A stretch of DNA of 62,761 nucleotides, the filler included, from Phoronis australis (Eukaryota > Animalia > Phoronida): NCBI GenBank assembly GCA_002633005.1. It is 4 parts of 4 records of this genome, joined end to end, with 100 filler letters (N's around TTAATTAATTAA, not from the genome) between each part and the next. Parts side by side here need not be neighbours in the genome. Positions count along the whole stretch, not along the records: positions 25,598 to 49,031 come from NMRA01001286.1; 3 more parts are not named here. The stretch is one strand, 5' to 3'. Both the position numbers and the translations under genes were made by a program. Below, in pieces: positions 27,203-39,506 of this stretch (positions within the stretch are counted from its first letter, which is position 1; each line of letters starts with the position of its first letter). Under the pieces are notes generated by a model that did not search any database, was not told the origin of the DNA, and saw nothing but the letters and a program-made list of their open reading frames with translations.

Positions 27203-27815
27203 TCGACCATTCTTAAATAAATTTATGGAATCGTGATGCGTTTGCTTGTTTAAACCAAGCTGCTGATTAAAAGTAAATGGTAGATTGAACTGTTTCACGA
27301 CCACGTACATAAACAGGTATTCAAAGCTTTTTTCGGCCACCCCGCCAATTAATCGTTATTCCATAATTTGAAGTCAAACCGTTAATATTATGACCTGCAA
27401 TCATGTGTGATCAGGTTTGTTATTTTGTGATCACGTGTTACTGGGTTATCCTCATCTTTGACGAAAGTTGAAACTGATGTGGTCCTGTATTCGCCGTACA
27501 TTGCGAAGTTAGTTATCGACCATTCTTAAAATAAATTTATGAAATCATGATGCGTGTGTTTGTTGAAATGAAGCTGCAGATTACAAGCAAAAATAGTAGA
27601 ACTGTTTACGACCACGTACTTAAACAGGTCTTCAAAGCTTGGTTCGGCCAGTGGCACCCCGCCAATTAATTGCCATTACATAAAATGTTAATATTACGAC
27701 ATGCAATCAAGTTTGTTACTTTGTGATTACATATTTTATAGGGTTATCCTCTTCTTTGAAGAAATTTGAAATTGATATGGTCCTGTATTCGTTGTACGGC
27801 TATTGCAAATTTAGT
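27203..27815. repeat. Diverged tandem duplication, ~310 bp unit
   Basis: tcgaccattcttaaa...ggtcctgtattcg appears twice (from ~27203 and ~27516). Confidence 0.8.
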
Positions 27816-28203
27816 TTTGCATATACACAACATATTTTGCTACCTTTATTTGCTCCCTTCGCGTCAATAGTACTCTACATGACATACATGTACTGAGGGT
27901 TAACAATCAGATTCGATGCTGTGGCGTTATACCCGCAGAGCCATTACACGATTTTGTTTCATAAGAAATTATAATCTAACGAGTCTCACAGTTAGTTGTT
28001 GGCGTCATTGGGACAGAAATACCTGTCACACAGTTTTCAGCACCCTGCATGATTAATTGCCTGAACACTTGACCGAGTTTATCGGAATGGATCTTATCTT
28101 TCAAATTACGGTTTCCTGGCCAGATCACCACCCACAGTTAGAAAACTGCGGTGAAGGGGCCCCAAAACCGGCTGCTGAAATTTTCTGATAATTTGCCGCG
28201 GAC

Positions 28204-28322
28204 TATAAAACACACCGCCACTTAGACAAGTGATACTTGTGTAATTTTACGGCTAAAGTTCGTGCTCTCCAATTCACTTTCGTCAAGCCTGAGAAGATTA
28301 TATCAGCTTTAACTTTTTAAGG
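28204..28322 (+). promoter_or_regulatory. Putative TATA promoter and non-coding first exon of the HECT cargo gene
   Basis: TATAAAA at 28204-28210, G|GTAAGT donor at 28322/28323, and an acceptor at 28606 three nt before the ATG at 28610. Confidence 0.45.
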
Positions 28323-28609
28323 GTAAGTGTGCTTTTTTATTGTTTTTAACTTTTAAATTCCCAGTCATATAATCTTTAAACGTCAAAAGAATAATAATCT
28401 TTGGCTATATAGCTAAAATATTCGGCACACGAGAAAAGGAATATCGTTTCCGTCCCGTGAACAATGTCATATTTTTGATCTGCTAATGAAAATGGCTGCA
28501 ACTAAATGGGAAAATGGTAATTGTTTACAATCCGAGCCTTTATTTTATTGAACCGTTCTGCAAAAGTTTTAAAATTCAAAAGTTGATACATGTACGTTTT
28601 TTATAGACA

Positions 28610-31600
28610 ATGGCTGAAAATGTCATCTCTCGAATACAATCGTTAATCAACGACTTATCCCAGTCCAGCACAACAAATCCATCCAACCAGCCGTCGACTT
28701 CGTCAACCACACCAGCCCCTGGGATGTCAGCTTCCCGGCCGTCTGCCATTCAAGAACACCGCCGACTGTTTGCACGAAACCAGGTAAGAATGTTGGTAAT
28801 TCAAATGAACAGCCGCCCTTTTTTGTGAGTCATAGCGGCCGGTATGGCGCCGGGTCGATGTTGGACATTCTAAGGAGCCCTTAAAGTTTGGGGGTCGACT
28901 GGCCGGGGTTAATGAAACCCCAGGGAATCGACAGGAAGTCGGCCCTTGGATTGTTGAAAATTTCAAGAGAACAGTTCATTTAAATTCGTTAACTTAAGAG
29001 ATACAAAATTCTATTTGTTTTGCCAAAAATGGAACATTTTGTCAAGTATGCGCGCATCATAGTAAAATATAACAAGCTTGCAGTTATACAGTACATGTAT
29101 TTAAAATTCTACGCGTATGTCACTGCGCCTGGTTGCATGAAACAGTCCCAAATTGGGACTCAACAAAGTTCCCTAAATTTACTGCGTATTTGAGGGTCTT
29201 TGAATACACTGGTTGTCCTGTCTTATGCTGCTTGAGTTGACTAAATCAATTTTATCTTTGATACAAATCGAGAGTGACTTTACGTTGAATTCTCATACTA
29301 TTGAAAATAAGTAGGGTTGTTTTCATGTAACGCGCATTTAAGGACTAAGTCCCTAATTCTTTTGACTGAATTAAGGGCTCAATTTTTAGTTTTATTATTA
29401 GAAAATGCCATTAGTGAAAGAAAAGCTCATAATAAAAATAGAATAATATAACAAATATTACATCTGTGCCTAAAGAACCAACAACGATAAGATTTAGGGA
29501 ACTTAGTCGAGTCCCTATTTGGGACTGTTTCATGCGACCTGACAATGTAACGTAAAAAACAAAAATTCGAAATTGTCGTATAAAAACCATAAAGACAAGA
29601 CAAGAAGGTGTTTGGGTGATCGAGGGAAGTAGTGACAAGTGCCGCTCATGGGGAAAGAATGGGAGAGCACTAAATGGTGACGACTGTGCTTTATTAGACT
29701 AGTCACAAAAACGGGCTCTGGTTGGTCTTTGTGGGCTGGTGGGAAGCATTTTCATTTGGTGCATTGTGATCTCCTCTTTAGATATCCTCACGGTATTAAG
29801 CTATGATTCTAAATAATTTAATTAATTATTCGATTCTGAATAGTTTAATTAATAATTACTTGTCATTTTTTTGTTTATTTTATTTTGGCATTGCTTCTTG
29901 CCTGAGTAGCAGTTTCTAAAATGGAAATCATTAACAGTGCGTGAAATATGCATAACTGCAAGATGATAAACCTATTTAAAATGCACGTCAGAAAAAAGAA
30001 ATGGGACTGTATTTACGGGCTATGTGACGTGTATTGTAAGAGCGTCACGCTGCAAACCGGAGTGGAAAATTAGAAACGAATTAACGTCCATTCAAAAAAA
30101 AAAACAGTGATACTCAGCACGACTCAAGCGAGATTAAGATTATGCAGGATCCTACACAAGTGTCCAAACTTCGTTAATTTCCTAACATCATATCTCAGAA
30201 ATACCTGATCGGATTCATATGAAACTCTAGGCACTGTGCAGTTCTCCCAAACTATGGTGATTATAGCAGTATAAGGACAATGCCCTATGTTTTGTTTATT
30301 ATGTCACTCAGTTAGACCATAATGCCGCCACATATTGGTTGAACATATGGTGGAATGTTTGTACTAACAGGGAGGGCAATCTATGAGGGGAGGTCCGCTT
30401 GACCTGAAACCTTATTTTTATAGCATTTCAAGTTGTCAACAGTCATCATGAATCTTTCGCAGTTGTCATCAGGGCGGAATTAACCTTAAACAGATCAGTT
30501 CATGTCACGGTCCACCTAATCCAAACACTTCTGGACACATGTAAACCATATTAAGGACAAATCAATTAGGCGATTCCTCGGAATACTGCTGACCTGTCAA
30601 AGCCTACAATTGTGAGATAGCTCTGTCTTTAAACTAGATGTAATAAAGAAACAGAAGGCTTAAAGTAGAAAAGGTTTTTAAAGTTAAACAAAGTCTTCGA
30701 ACACGGATACCATAGAGCTTGTGTAGAAAACCTCAGAGCCATAGCAGTAAATGTTTTAGAGAATGGTAGTACTTTTGAAATTAGTTAACTTTATCTAGAC
30801 TTTAGCTTACAGTGTGATTAGCCTTGTATACTTTGTACTGCATATGATACTGGGGACAAATACAATACAAATTTTAATTGTATTACACTATTATTTTACT
30901 GTAGTTAAATGTTTATTATGATTTGTCACATTGGTGGCAATGTCACATGCGACCTCAGCAATTCTGATCGTCCCAACACTATATACATGTACATGTATAT
31001 ACTACAAAAAACGTATGACACTCGGGACTAGGAATTCCACGGGTGCTTCATTTCAGCCGTCAATATCAAACACAAAACCCAATAAAGTACACAAAACAGG
31101 AGTTCAACAAACCATGAGCAATTGTTCTTTCTTTTGATAGCATTTACAGTGTCCTGCTCCGACGAGTTCGCAGCAAATTCGCGGTCAAAGCACCGCTGTT
31201 CACCTTTTGATAGCGCTGTCTTGAACGAACTCAATAGTATTTTTTATAATATTTTTATTACCTCTTTGGCACATTAGACATGATAGGATTACATGTGCAC
31301 TGGCTGTTCTTGACTACAACAAAGGTGATGTCAGAATGACAAATACTTAATCTATGGTGAGGCTAACAAGTTTAGTTATTCAAATACGTTGTCAATGCTT
31401 CAGAATCTTCCCTTCTTCCAAATTCGAGATTCAAGGTTCAGTTAAATTTGATGGCAATTTCTTTAAATCTAAATAATCACGATTCGATTTTTTAAAAAAC
31501 TTTTATACCTTATCTTTTTCATACTATTTTTGCTTATTTTAGACTAGACAACATCCATACAGAAGGAATCCCGCAAGATCTTCGGAATCTCGGGGTAAGT

Positions 31601-34600
31601 TGAAATGCAACTAAAGAATTTTTCAGCATTCAAGTGCCGGATTTTTCTTGTAATTTCGTCGAATATTGACTCGATTTGTTGGCGAACTTAAGCTGTTTAT
31701 TAATTATTTCACTTTGGAAGTGACGATCTACAACTTATTCTTTCAGAATCTCTCTTCACAAGACAGTTCGTGTGTTTGGAGAAAACGGACACCGATCTTG
31801 TCCCAACCACCACGCAAAAAATCTGTTTGGCCCGCTACGGCATGGGAGAGAAAACAATTCAGTTTTCACAAAAGGATGCCGACCATGTCAAGGAAAAATT
31901 GCATGAGTAAGTTTATCTGTCACGTGTGCTTAGTCCAAGGGAATGTGACCGCATATTTTCTTTACGGCTGAAAATAACTATTTGAAAAACCGAGTGTGCT
32001 TCTATTTTGCACACATTTATACCAAAGTCACTAAAATATAATGTTTGAAAATTGTTTATCTTTATTTTAGAACTTTCCCTGCTTTACAAGATGCCGGTGG
32101 TTTTGAACTGCTCATCACCGCAAGTGGTTCGCGCTCCAAATTACAGGTTGTCCACTGCGGATCGTGTGGTGTGGACAAATTGAAACAGTTTGGTTCCGGA
32201 CGAATTTACATTCGACCTATTCAAAGATGCCTCAGAAGGACCCAGCCCCGTGAAGAGGACGAGGACAGAGAAAAATGCGTCAGATGCCAACACGAATTTC
32301 CTGTCTCACGATTACGGGACCATCTGAGACTGTGCACAGTATTAGTAAGTACATGCAACATAAAGCCGAGTGCACACGACGTGTCGATTTGATTTTCATA
32401 TAATAATGTAAAAAGATTGAACCTGCGCGGGCGTTATCACCGTCTCACTGAAAATAGACTAAATTCCCCAATAATCCGGGACTCTCCCCCAAGAGGTTGG
32501 TAGGGAAGTACCCACTCAGACTTCCCGGTATCGCCTCTGATCGATAAGCAAAAATATGGAGGACCGGTTGACTGGTGACTTCATCATTTGGTATTGTCTC
32601 GGGTACCCATATTGCTAGTCGCCCAGGTGTAACGTTGGTCATGATTTTGAAAGTGCGATGGAGTCCTCTTCACAGTCTGTGTAGGGGCGCTTCCTGTGCC
32701 ATCGCCTCTTTCATCACAAGCCGGCATACTTCGTATCCACGTTTATTTAATAACGAGCTTTTGTACTGAAACATATTATGCAGTCGTCGTCAGAGGTGAT
32801 GTACTTTTTAATTGCTACCCTGCCTCCATGGGGGCTCATATTTACCATCACCATAATTATAACAACACTATGAGCTACAAAACTCCGCCGTTGGATAGCA
32901 TTTTGAAAAAGTGCGTAGGCCATTTCACAGGCTTGCACTTGCGGGAAATGCTGAAGGTTGAAGACAACTACATTTTCAAAACTTTTATTTGGCTAAGCAC
33001 AAATAAAAGTGAAGTTCATTATTCATTTTTATACATGATCAAACTTCTCTCTACAGATTGACAGCGAAGACGAGTCTGATGACGAGTTACCTCCCATAGT
33101 ACGTCCTGCTTCCCCACGAGTGGCATCGATATCGAGGTAAGCCTACTTATACGGAATTTCCCGTACATTTAAACTCGAAACAAATTCTTAAACGCGTCCT
33201 CATCTAAACTCGCTTTTGTCTTCAGTCCGAAATTATTCTAAAACGACACATTTTGAGCCAACGCTTTAAGCGGGCTTGGTTAGGGAGTTTTTTATTTGAA
33301 ATTTTCATGGACTGTAATAAATTCAAAGCTGACCTTTACATTTTTGAAATACGTTGTACATGTATATTTTTGTGTATTAAAAGCGTCTTTTTCTCAAAAT
33401 TTAGATTGAAGAAATTCTAATTGAAAAGGAGCATCTTCAGGGTTTTCTAATTTCGTTTGGCTGTTTAATCACCGGATATTACCATTAAAAAATTGTGAGT
33501 AAAACCGTGACAATTCAGGCCCATTTTGTCTTACTTCAAGGACAGCTGTGCGCAATAACAGGAGTATTTACATTCCAGTGATCACGAAGACACTGAACAG
33601 GTTCATGTGTCTCTTGCTGACAATCCGGATGAAGAGGAAGAAAATAGGTAACTTCTTAAGTAAACCATTCCCTTCTTTGCAAAGTTACATGCTTCATCGT
33701 GCAAGGGATATGCACTGTGAAGAAATCAAAACCTGAACACGTGTAAAGTTTCACATTGTAACATTAAAGCATTCCTCTGGTTATTTTCTGCACAAAATTA
33801 TGGTTCACTTACACCTACTTAAACCGTACCGGAAGGGGCTGATCTTTGGTGGTGCACAGTGAAATTAAATTGATGAAGTCACGAATTAGGATCAGACTGT
33901 GGAGTATACAGCTTTAAATAAATTTGGCAGCCCTGTTGCAACTGAAACAAATTTTCATTTATGGACAATTATGGTGAATAATTTTCTCTCAGGATACATT
34001 TACAGCAGTAGGAACGTTTTTGTTGTAGACACGATTCTGGCAAGTTAAACGTTGGGACTATTAATTTAATTACATCCATTCTATTCCCCAGAGAAATGCG
34101 AGAACAGGCATCCTTGGCTGCAAATTTCGATGCTCAAGTAGACGGAAACAGGTATCGTTCGGGTGTATACAAATCTCTTTAAAGTTGTTCATCAAAAGCA
34201 AAAAATTCGCGCAAAGTACAGTGTACAGGATTGTTGGACATGCACAATATATTAACGGGCCTGCAAGCTCATGATAATGGTAGAAAGTTTATATTGTACC
34301 TTCTGATGTGCACTATTGTGGCTGGCTTATTCTTCTCGTGACCTCTCATTAGCGTCCTTAACTAAATTTGCACGTGATGCTAAACGTAGGCGTTTGTTGC
34401 CACACGTCCTCTTTATTTTTACCTGTGTAAAGCACCACCAAAATGCATTGCTTTTCACCTGATGCAAAATCATTTCATTTGTGAACAAATTGTTACGTGT
34501 ATAACGAATAGGTACTTGAATTTATTTATTTCCTTTCAGTGATATTATTCCTGGCACATTTGAAGCGCACCCGGATGTCCAAGAAGTGATTAACAGAATA

Positions 34601-37600
34601 ATACAAGAGACGTGTGAAGCTGAGTGAGTGTTACACTATGTGATGTTAAAAATGCAACTTTTCCCACATATACCTTCCTTCAACACGTATTCAATACGGA
34701 AACAGAAGCAATTTGAAAATGATACTGAAATTATACGCGTAGACGCATGTATTGAAAACGAAAGAAAACGTTGAGCTTTTTGATGAAAAGAAATGTGCGA
34801 GGTCGGCAAAACGATATCAAAACAATTTGCAAAAAAGACAAGTATGGACGATTTCTTTTGAAAACGGGAACTAATAGTAACATTTTCAAAAAAGACGTAT
34901 TCTAGCGGACGACGCCTTAATAGGCACATAAATTCACTTAATTCATAGAGTTATTTCTTAATTGATTTTAGGGAAAGCAGGGAGCCAGTAACAGTTCTAA
35001 AGGCTTACAGAAGTGCGTTCCTGAAAGGACGCGCACTGGATGTTTTAGATATGTCCGCTGTACTGGACGGTGAAGTAAGCGACATATTTATATCTCGTAG
35101 TCGTTTGTGGGAAACTGCAGTGGAGGAAATCACTGCACTAAATAATATTCGATTTCCTCTCCGCGTCAACTTCTACGACGAAGAAGCGGAAGACTTGGGA
35201 GGACCTCGACGCGAGTTCCTGACACTGGCTCTCAAGCACGTGCGAGAGAATCTTTTAGTGTCAGATGAAGAGGACTCCCTGACAGTAAAATCAAACGACG
35301 ACTTGGGATTATCACGCCATCACTACTTTGTAGCCGGAATAATCTCAGGTACATTGCATTCAGGTTTTTACAATGTAACTACGCTGTCGTTATTGACTAA
35401 AAGAAATTCTATTCGAGATCAGAGTCACATTTATTGCATGTCCGGTTTATCTTTTAATAGTCTGCCGTACGTTTGAGCAAGTGCTAGGAAACAGCAGTCA
35501 GCAAAANNNNNNNNNNNNNNNNNNNNNNNNNNNNNNNNNNNNNNNNNNNNNNNNNNNNNNNNNNNNNNNNNNNNNNNNNNNNNNNNNNNNNNNNNNNNNN
35601 NNNNNNNNNNNNNNNNNNNNNNNNNNNNNNNNNNNNNNNNNNNNNNNNNNNNNNNNNNNNNNNNNNNNNNNNNNNNNNNNNNNNNNNNNNNNNNNNNNNN
35701 NNNNNNNNNNNNNNNNNNNNNNNNNNNNNNNNNNNNNNNNNNNNNNNNNNNNNNNNNNNNNNNNNNNNNNNNNNNNNNNNNNNNNNNNNNNNNNNNNNNN
35801 NNNNNNNNNNNNNNNNNNNNNNNNNNNNNNNNNNNNNNNNNNNNNNNNNNNNNNNNNNNNNNNNNNNNNNNNNNNNNNNNNNNNNNNNNNNNNNNNNNNN
35901 NNNNNNNNNNNNNNNNNNNNNNNNNNNNNNNNNNNNNNNNNNNNNNNNNNNNNNNNNNNNNNNNNNNNNNNNNNNNNNNNNNNNNATAATATTATTTTCT
36001 GGCACCAAGCACATATTTTCAAAAAGCCTTAAACATTAAAAACAATGGACACACATGAACACCGACATCGGAGCCTTGAAATGTGTTGAGAAATATTCAG
36101 CTTACCAACGTTTTGGCACATTAGCGGAGAAACGGTTGGGCAACCGACGCAAAACGCCTGTAAAGAGCAACATCCGGCAAACAAGAGTTTTCAAATTTGT
36201 AAAGTTTCAAAAAACGGTAATAATATGGAGGTTTTGTTTGAGTCTGATAATTTGCCCTGTCCACAACGGGGTGTTTTCTTAGGACTGTTATCAATTTTTG
36301 CCACAATTTTGCCATTTTACCCGACAATGATTAGCTTTTGCGAGCTGTTCGGCGTTAAAATGTGTAGCAATCACCATCCTCCCTAACTAATTCGCTCGGT
36401 ACTCGAAGTTCACGAAAAGATATTTATGTGAATTTCTTTTCATGGATGCAATACAATGTTAAAGCTCAAAGTGTCGCTGAATATTACTTAATACAAGGAT
36501 TAAAATTACCTTTTGAGAGCTGGTTCAATTTATTCCGCCAAAAAAAATTGATTGTTTCTTGTTTCTTCATGTAGTTATTGGATGTGTTACTATTGGTCTT
36601 TCCGATATTTTGTATCTTTAAAACATCCCCCTGCTAGACTTTAAACATTTCACAGCTTTGATCATTGTTCGAAACACTTCATAACCTTGATCACTGTTCG
36701 ACTTGTCTAACATGTTAAAACATAGTTTGGGTTGGCTTATAGACTTGCCCCTCACTAATGCATTACGCACGTGAAGTAATCCCAAGTTGCGGTGTTTCAA
36801 ATAAGACTAAGAGTATACTACAAGAAACAACAGCATTCTCATGTAATACAATGTATTGGGGCCATATCATGTCTGTCTGCCAAGGCATAACAAAAGTGCA
36901 TTATTCAAAGAAGCGCTGAGCGAATACTCTGGCGGCTAAATAACGGCTAGTGTCCCAAGCGTGTACTAATGAGATGGCTTCTATGTGGTCATTCAACAAC
37001 ACCATCTGTTCTTCAGTTAAGGGACTTTGAATAGTCTGTACAACCACACCTTCTTCATTGTTGTGTGGCGCAGGCGGTGTAGTAGGGTCGATACCAAATT
37101 CTGAAACTCCAGCCTGTCAAGAAATAAATTAAGAAACTCTTACCAAAGCTGAATCTATTNAGGCTCACGAATGACCCATTTAGCTGCTGATGTATATGAA
37201 GTACAGCCAGTGAGTCAGAGCTCCCAATGAATTATTCACTACACACGTCCAGCCACACTTCCATAAATAAGAATCAATTCAAACTTGAAGAAATGGCAAT
37301 AATAACAAAAAATTTAAGATAAGCGATGGTTTCTAGAAATACAGTATCTATTGAAATATATATTGTTTGCTTCTCTTGCAGCTGGTCGACGGGGTGATGT
37401 CTCGCTGAAGTCTATTCTCCGTTTTGTCACAGGGTTGGAAGTAATGCCAACTGTAGATTTTGCGGTGCATCCTTCCATTTCGTTTGTGCCTGTGCATGGC
37501 AATCAGACGTTTATCCCCACGGCCTCAACTTGCTCTAATCTGTTAAATTTGCCTGTGGAGCCATTGCCACCGCTCAGAGCACATACCCCAGGGAACTTGT

Positions 37601-37650
37601 TCGACCTGTATGATATGGCGTTTTCGAATACATATTTTGGGATGAAGTAA
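28610..37650 (+). CDS. Transposon-borne HECT-domain E3 ubiquitin ligase (G2E3-like HECT) with C2HC zinc finger; spliced
   Basis: Phase-compatible GT-AG exons: 28610-28783, 31543-31594, 31747-31906, 32071-32344, 33057-33136, 33579-33647, 34092-34151, 34540-34623, 34972-35348, [gap], 37382-37650. Motifs: FVCL..TD.VP..GMGEKTI, FPALQDAGGFELL..IYIRPIQ, CVRC..F....L.DHL..C, VNFYDEEAEDLGGPRREFL, ILRFVTG, PTASTCSNLLNLP, terminal YFGMK*. Confidence 0.85.
29126..29545. mobile_element. MITE with ~50-bp imperfect TIRs in an intron of the HECT gene (possibly PIF/Harbinger-type)
   Basis: ggttgcatgaaacagtcccaaattgggactcaacaaagttccctaaat at ~29131 and its reverse complement ending at ~29540. Confidence 0.75.
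35987..37159. repeat. Gap-adjacent duplicate of 37873-38425 plus 39148-39765 (probable allelic/mis-placed contig)
   Basis: Near-identical sequence and ORFs (MNTDIGALK..., MKHRNLGLL...), bounded by an N-gap and a single N. It lacks the ~720 bp at 38426-39147. Confidence 0.85.
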
Positions 37651-39506
37651 AAAGGCGTAACGGGCTGAAGGGTTGTTTGACGATACTTGAACGAAAATGA
37701 GCAAGTCTCTGGGTTTATGTCAGCAATTTTACTAACATTACGGTATCTCTAGTATAGGGGACTTGATGTCACCTGTTAGGTTTATTACATTGTTTGTTCG
37801 CAATATAGATCGATATACTGCAAGAATGTTTTTCTTCTGTAATCCTCGTTTCCACTGATAAAATAGAAGTATAATATTATTTTCTGGCACCAAGCACATA
37901 TTTTCAAAAAGCCTTAAACATTAAAAACAATGGACACACATGAACACCGACATCGGAGCCTTGAAATGTGTTGAGAAATATTCAGCTTACCAACGTTTTG
38001 GCACATTAGCGGAGAAACGGTTGGGCAACCGACGCAAAACGCCTGTAAAGAGCAACATCCGGCAAACAAGAGTTTTCAAATTTGTGAAGTTTCAAAAAAC
38101 GGTAATAATATGGAGGTTTTGTTTGAGTTTGATAATTTGCCCTGTCCACAACGGGGTGTTTTCTTAGGACTGTTATCAATTTTTGCCACAATTTTGCCAT
38201 TTTACCCGACAATGATTAGCTTTTGCGAGCTGTTCGGCGTTAAAATGTGTAGCAATCACCATCCTCCCTAACTAATTCGCTCGGTACTCGAAGTTCACGA
38301 AAAGATATTTATGTGAATTTCTTTTCATGGATGCAATACAATGTTAAAGCTCAAAGTGTCGCTGAATATTACCTAATACAAGGATTAAAATTACCTTTTG
38401 AGAGCTGGTTCAAATTATTCCGCCAAAGGTGTATTGAGTAAGACGCTCGTGCAACACATATGTAAACAGTACTTCATGAAACATTGCCATCGTCGAAATT
38501 CGACAAAATTCGCGGTTCAAAATCAAGAACAAATATCCATTCGTATACTTGTCTATGATTCGTTTCAACTCTGGATAAATCTCGTGTTGCTCTACGCACT
38601 TTAGCGACGCACCTGTAAATGATTCGGCACATACGCGTGCCCATGCAAAGACATCTCCAGTAACAAGTACGTTGAAAAATCCGATTGAGTTTCTAAATGT
38701 CGCAAACTGTGACAGCCTCAACAATTCAAACATTTTTCACATGCGATTTGTTTGAACAAGTTCAGTATGATGAAAACAACAAAGTAAATTTGGGAAATTC
38801 TTGAGCAGACTTTGATAAAGCAACGTAAAAACTGTACCGTGAAAAACAGCTGCATTTCCCCGCTTAGTTGTCTAAAATCGAATATTCCTTACTTCTGATT
38901 CCATGAAATCAAGTGGGATGTGTATGTTTACACACGCCATTTTCGAAATAGGAGTGGCCAAATCCAATAAACAATGACGTGTTACTTGAGTGAATGATGG
39001 TTTCGATGTTCTTGTTGATAATGGAAAAGAAATCCTGAATGAAAGGGATCTTTAAGATACCGATTTAATGAGAATAGGACAAAATGCAGATCGAAAAAAA
39101 TATATTTTAAAATCTTGGTACCCAGGTTAAAAATTGGAAGCCAAGGGAAAAATTTGATTGTTTCTTGTTTCTTCATGTAGTTATTGGATGTGTTACTATC
39201 GGTCTTTCCGATATTTTGTATCTTTAAAACATCTCCCTGATAGACTTTAAACATTTCACAGCTTTGATCATTGTTCGAAACACTTCATAACCTTGATCAC
39301 TGTTCGACTTGTCTAACATGTTAAAACATAGTTTGGGTTGGCTTATAGACTTGCCCCTCACTAATGCATTACGCACGTGAAGTAATCCCAAGTTGCGGTG
39401 TTTCAAATAAGACTAAGAGTATACTACAAGAAACAACAGCATTCTCATGTAATACAATGTATTGGGGCCATATCATGTCTGTCTGCCAAGGCATAACAAA
39501 AGTGCA

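Noticed and set aside
28610-37650. Calling the HECT gene the host G2E3 orthologue
   Set aside because: No N-terminal PHD/RING cluster is visible and the gene lies inside transposon TIRs.
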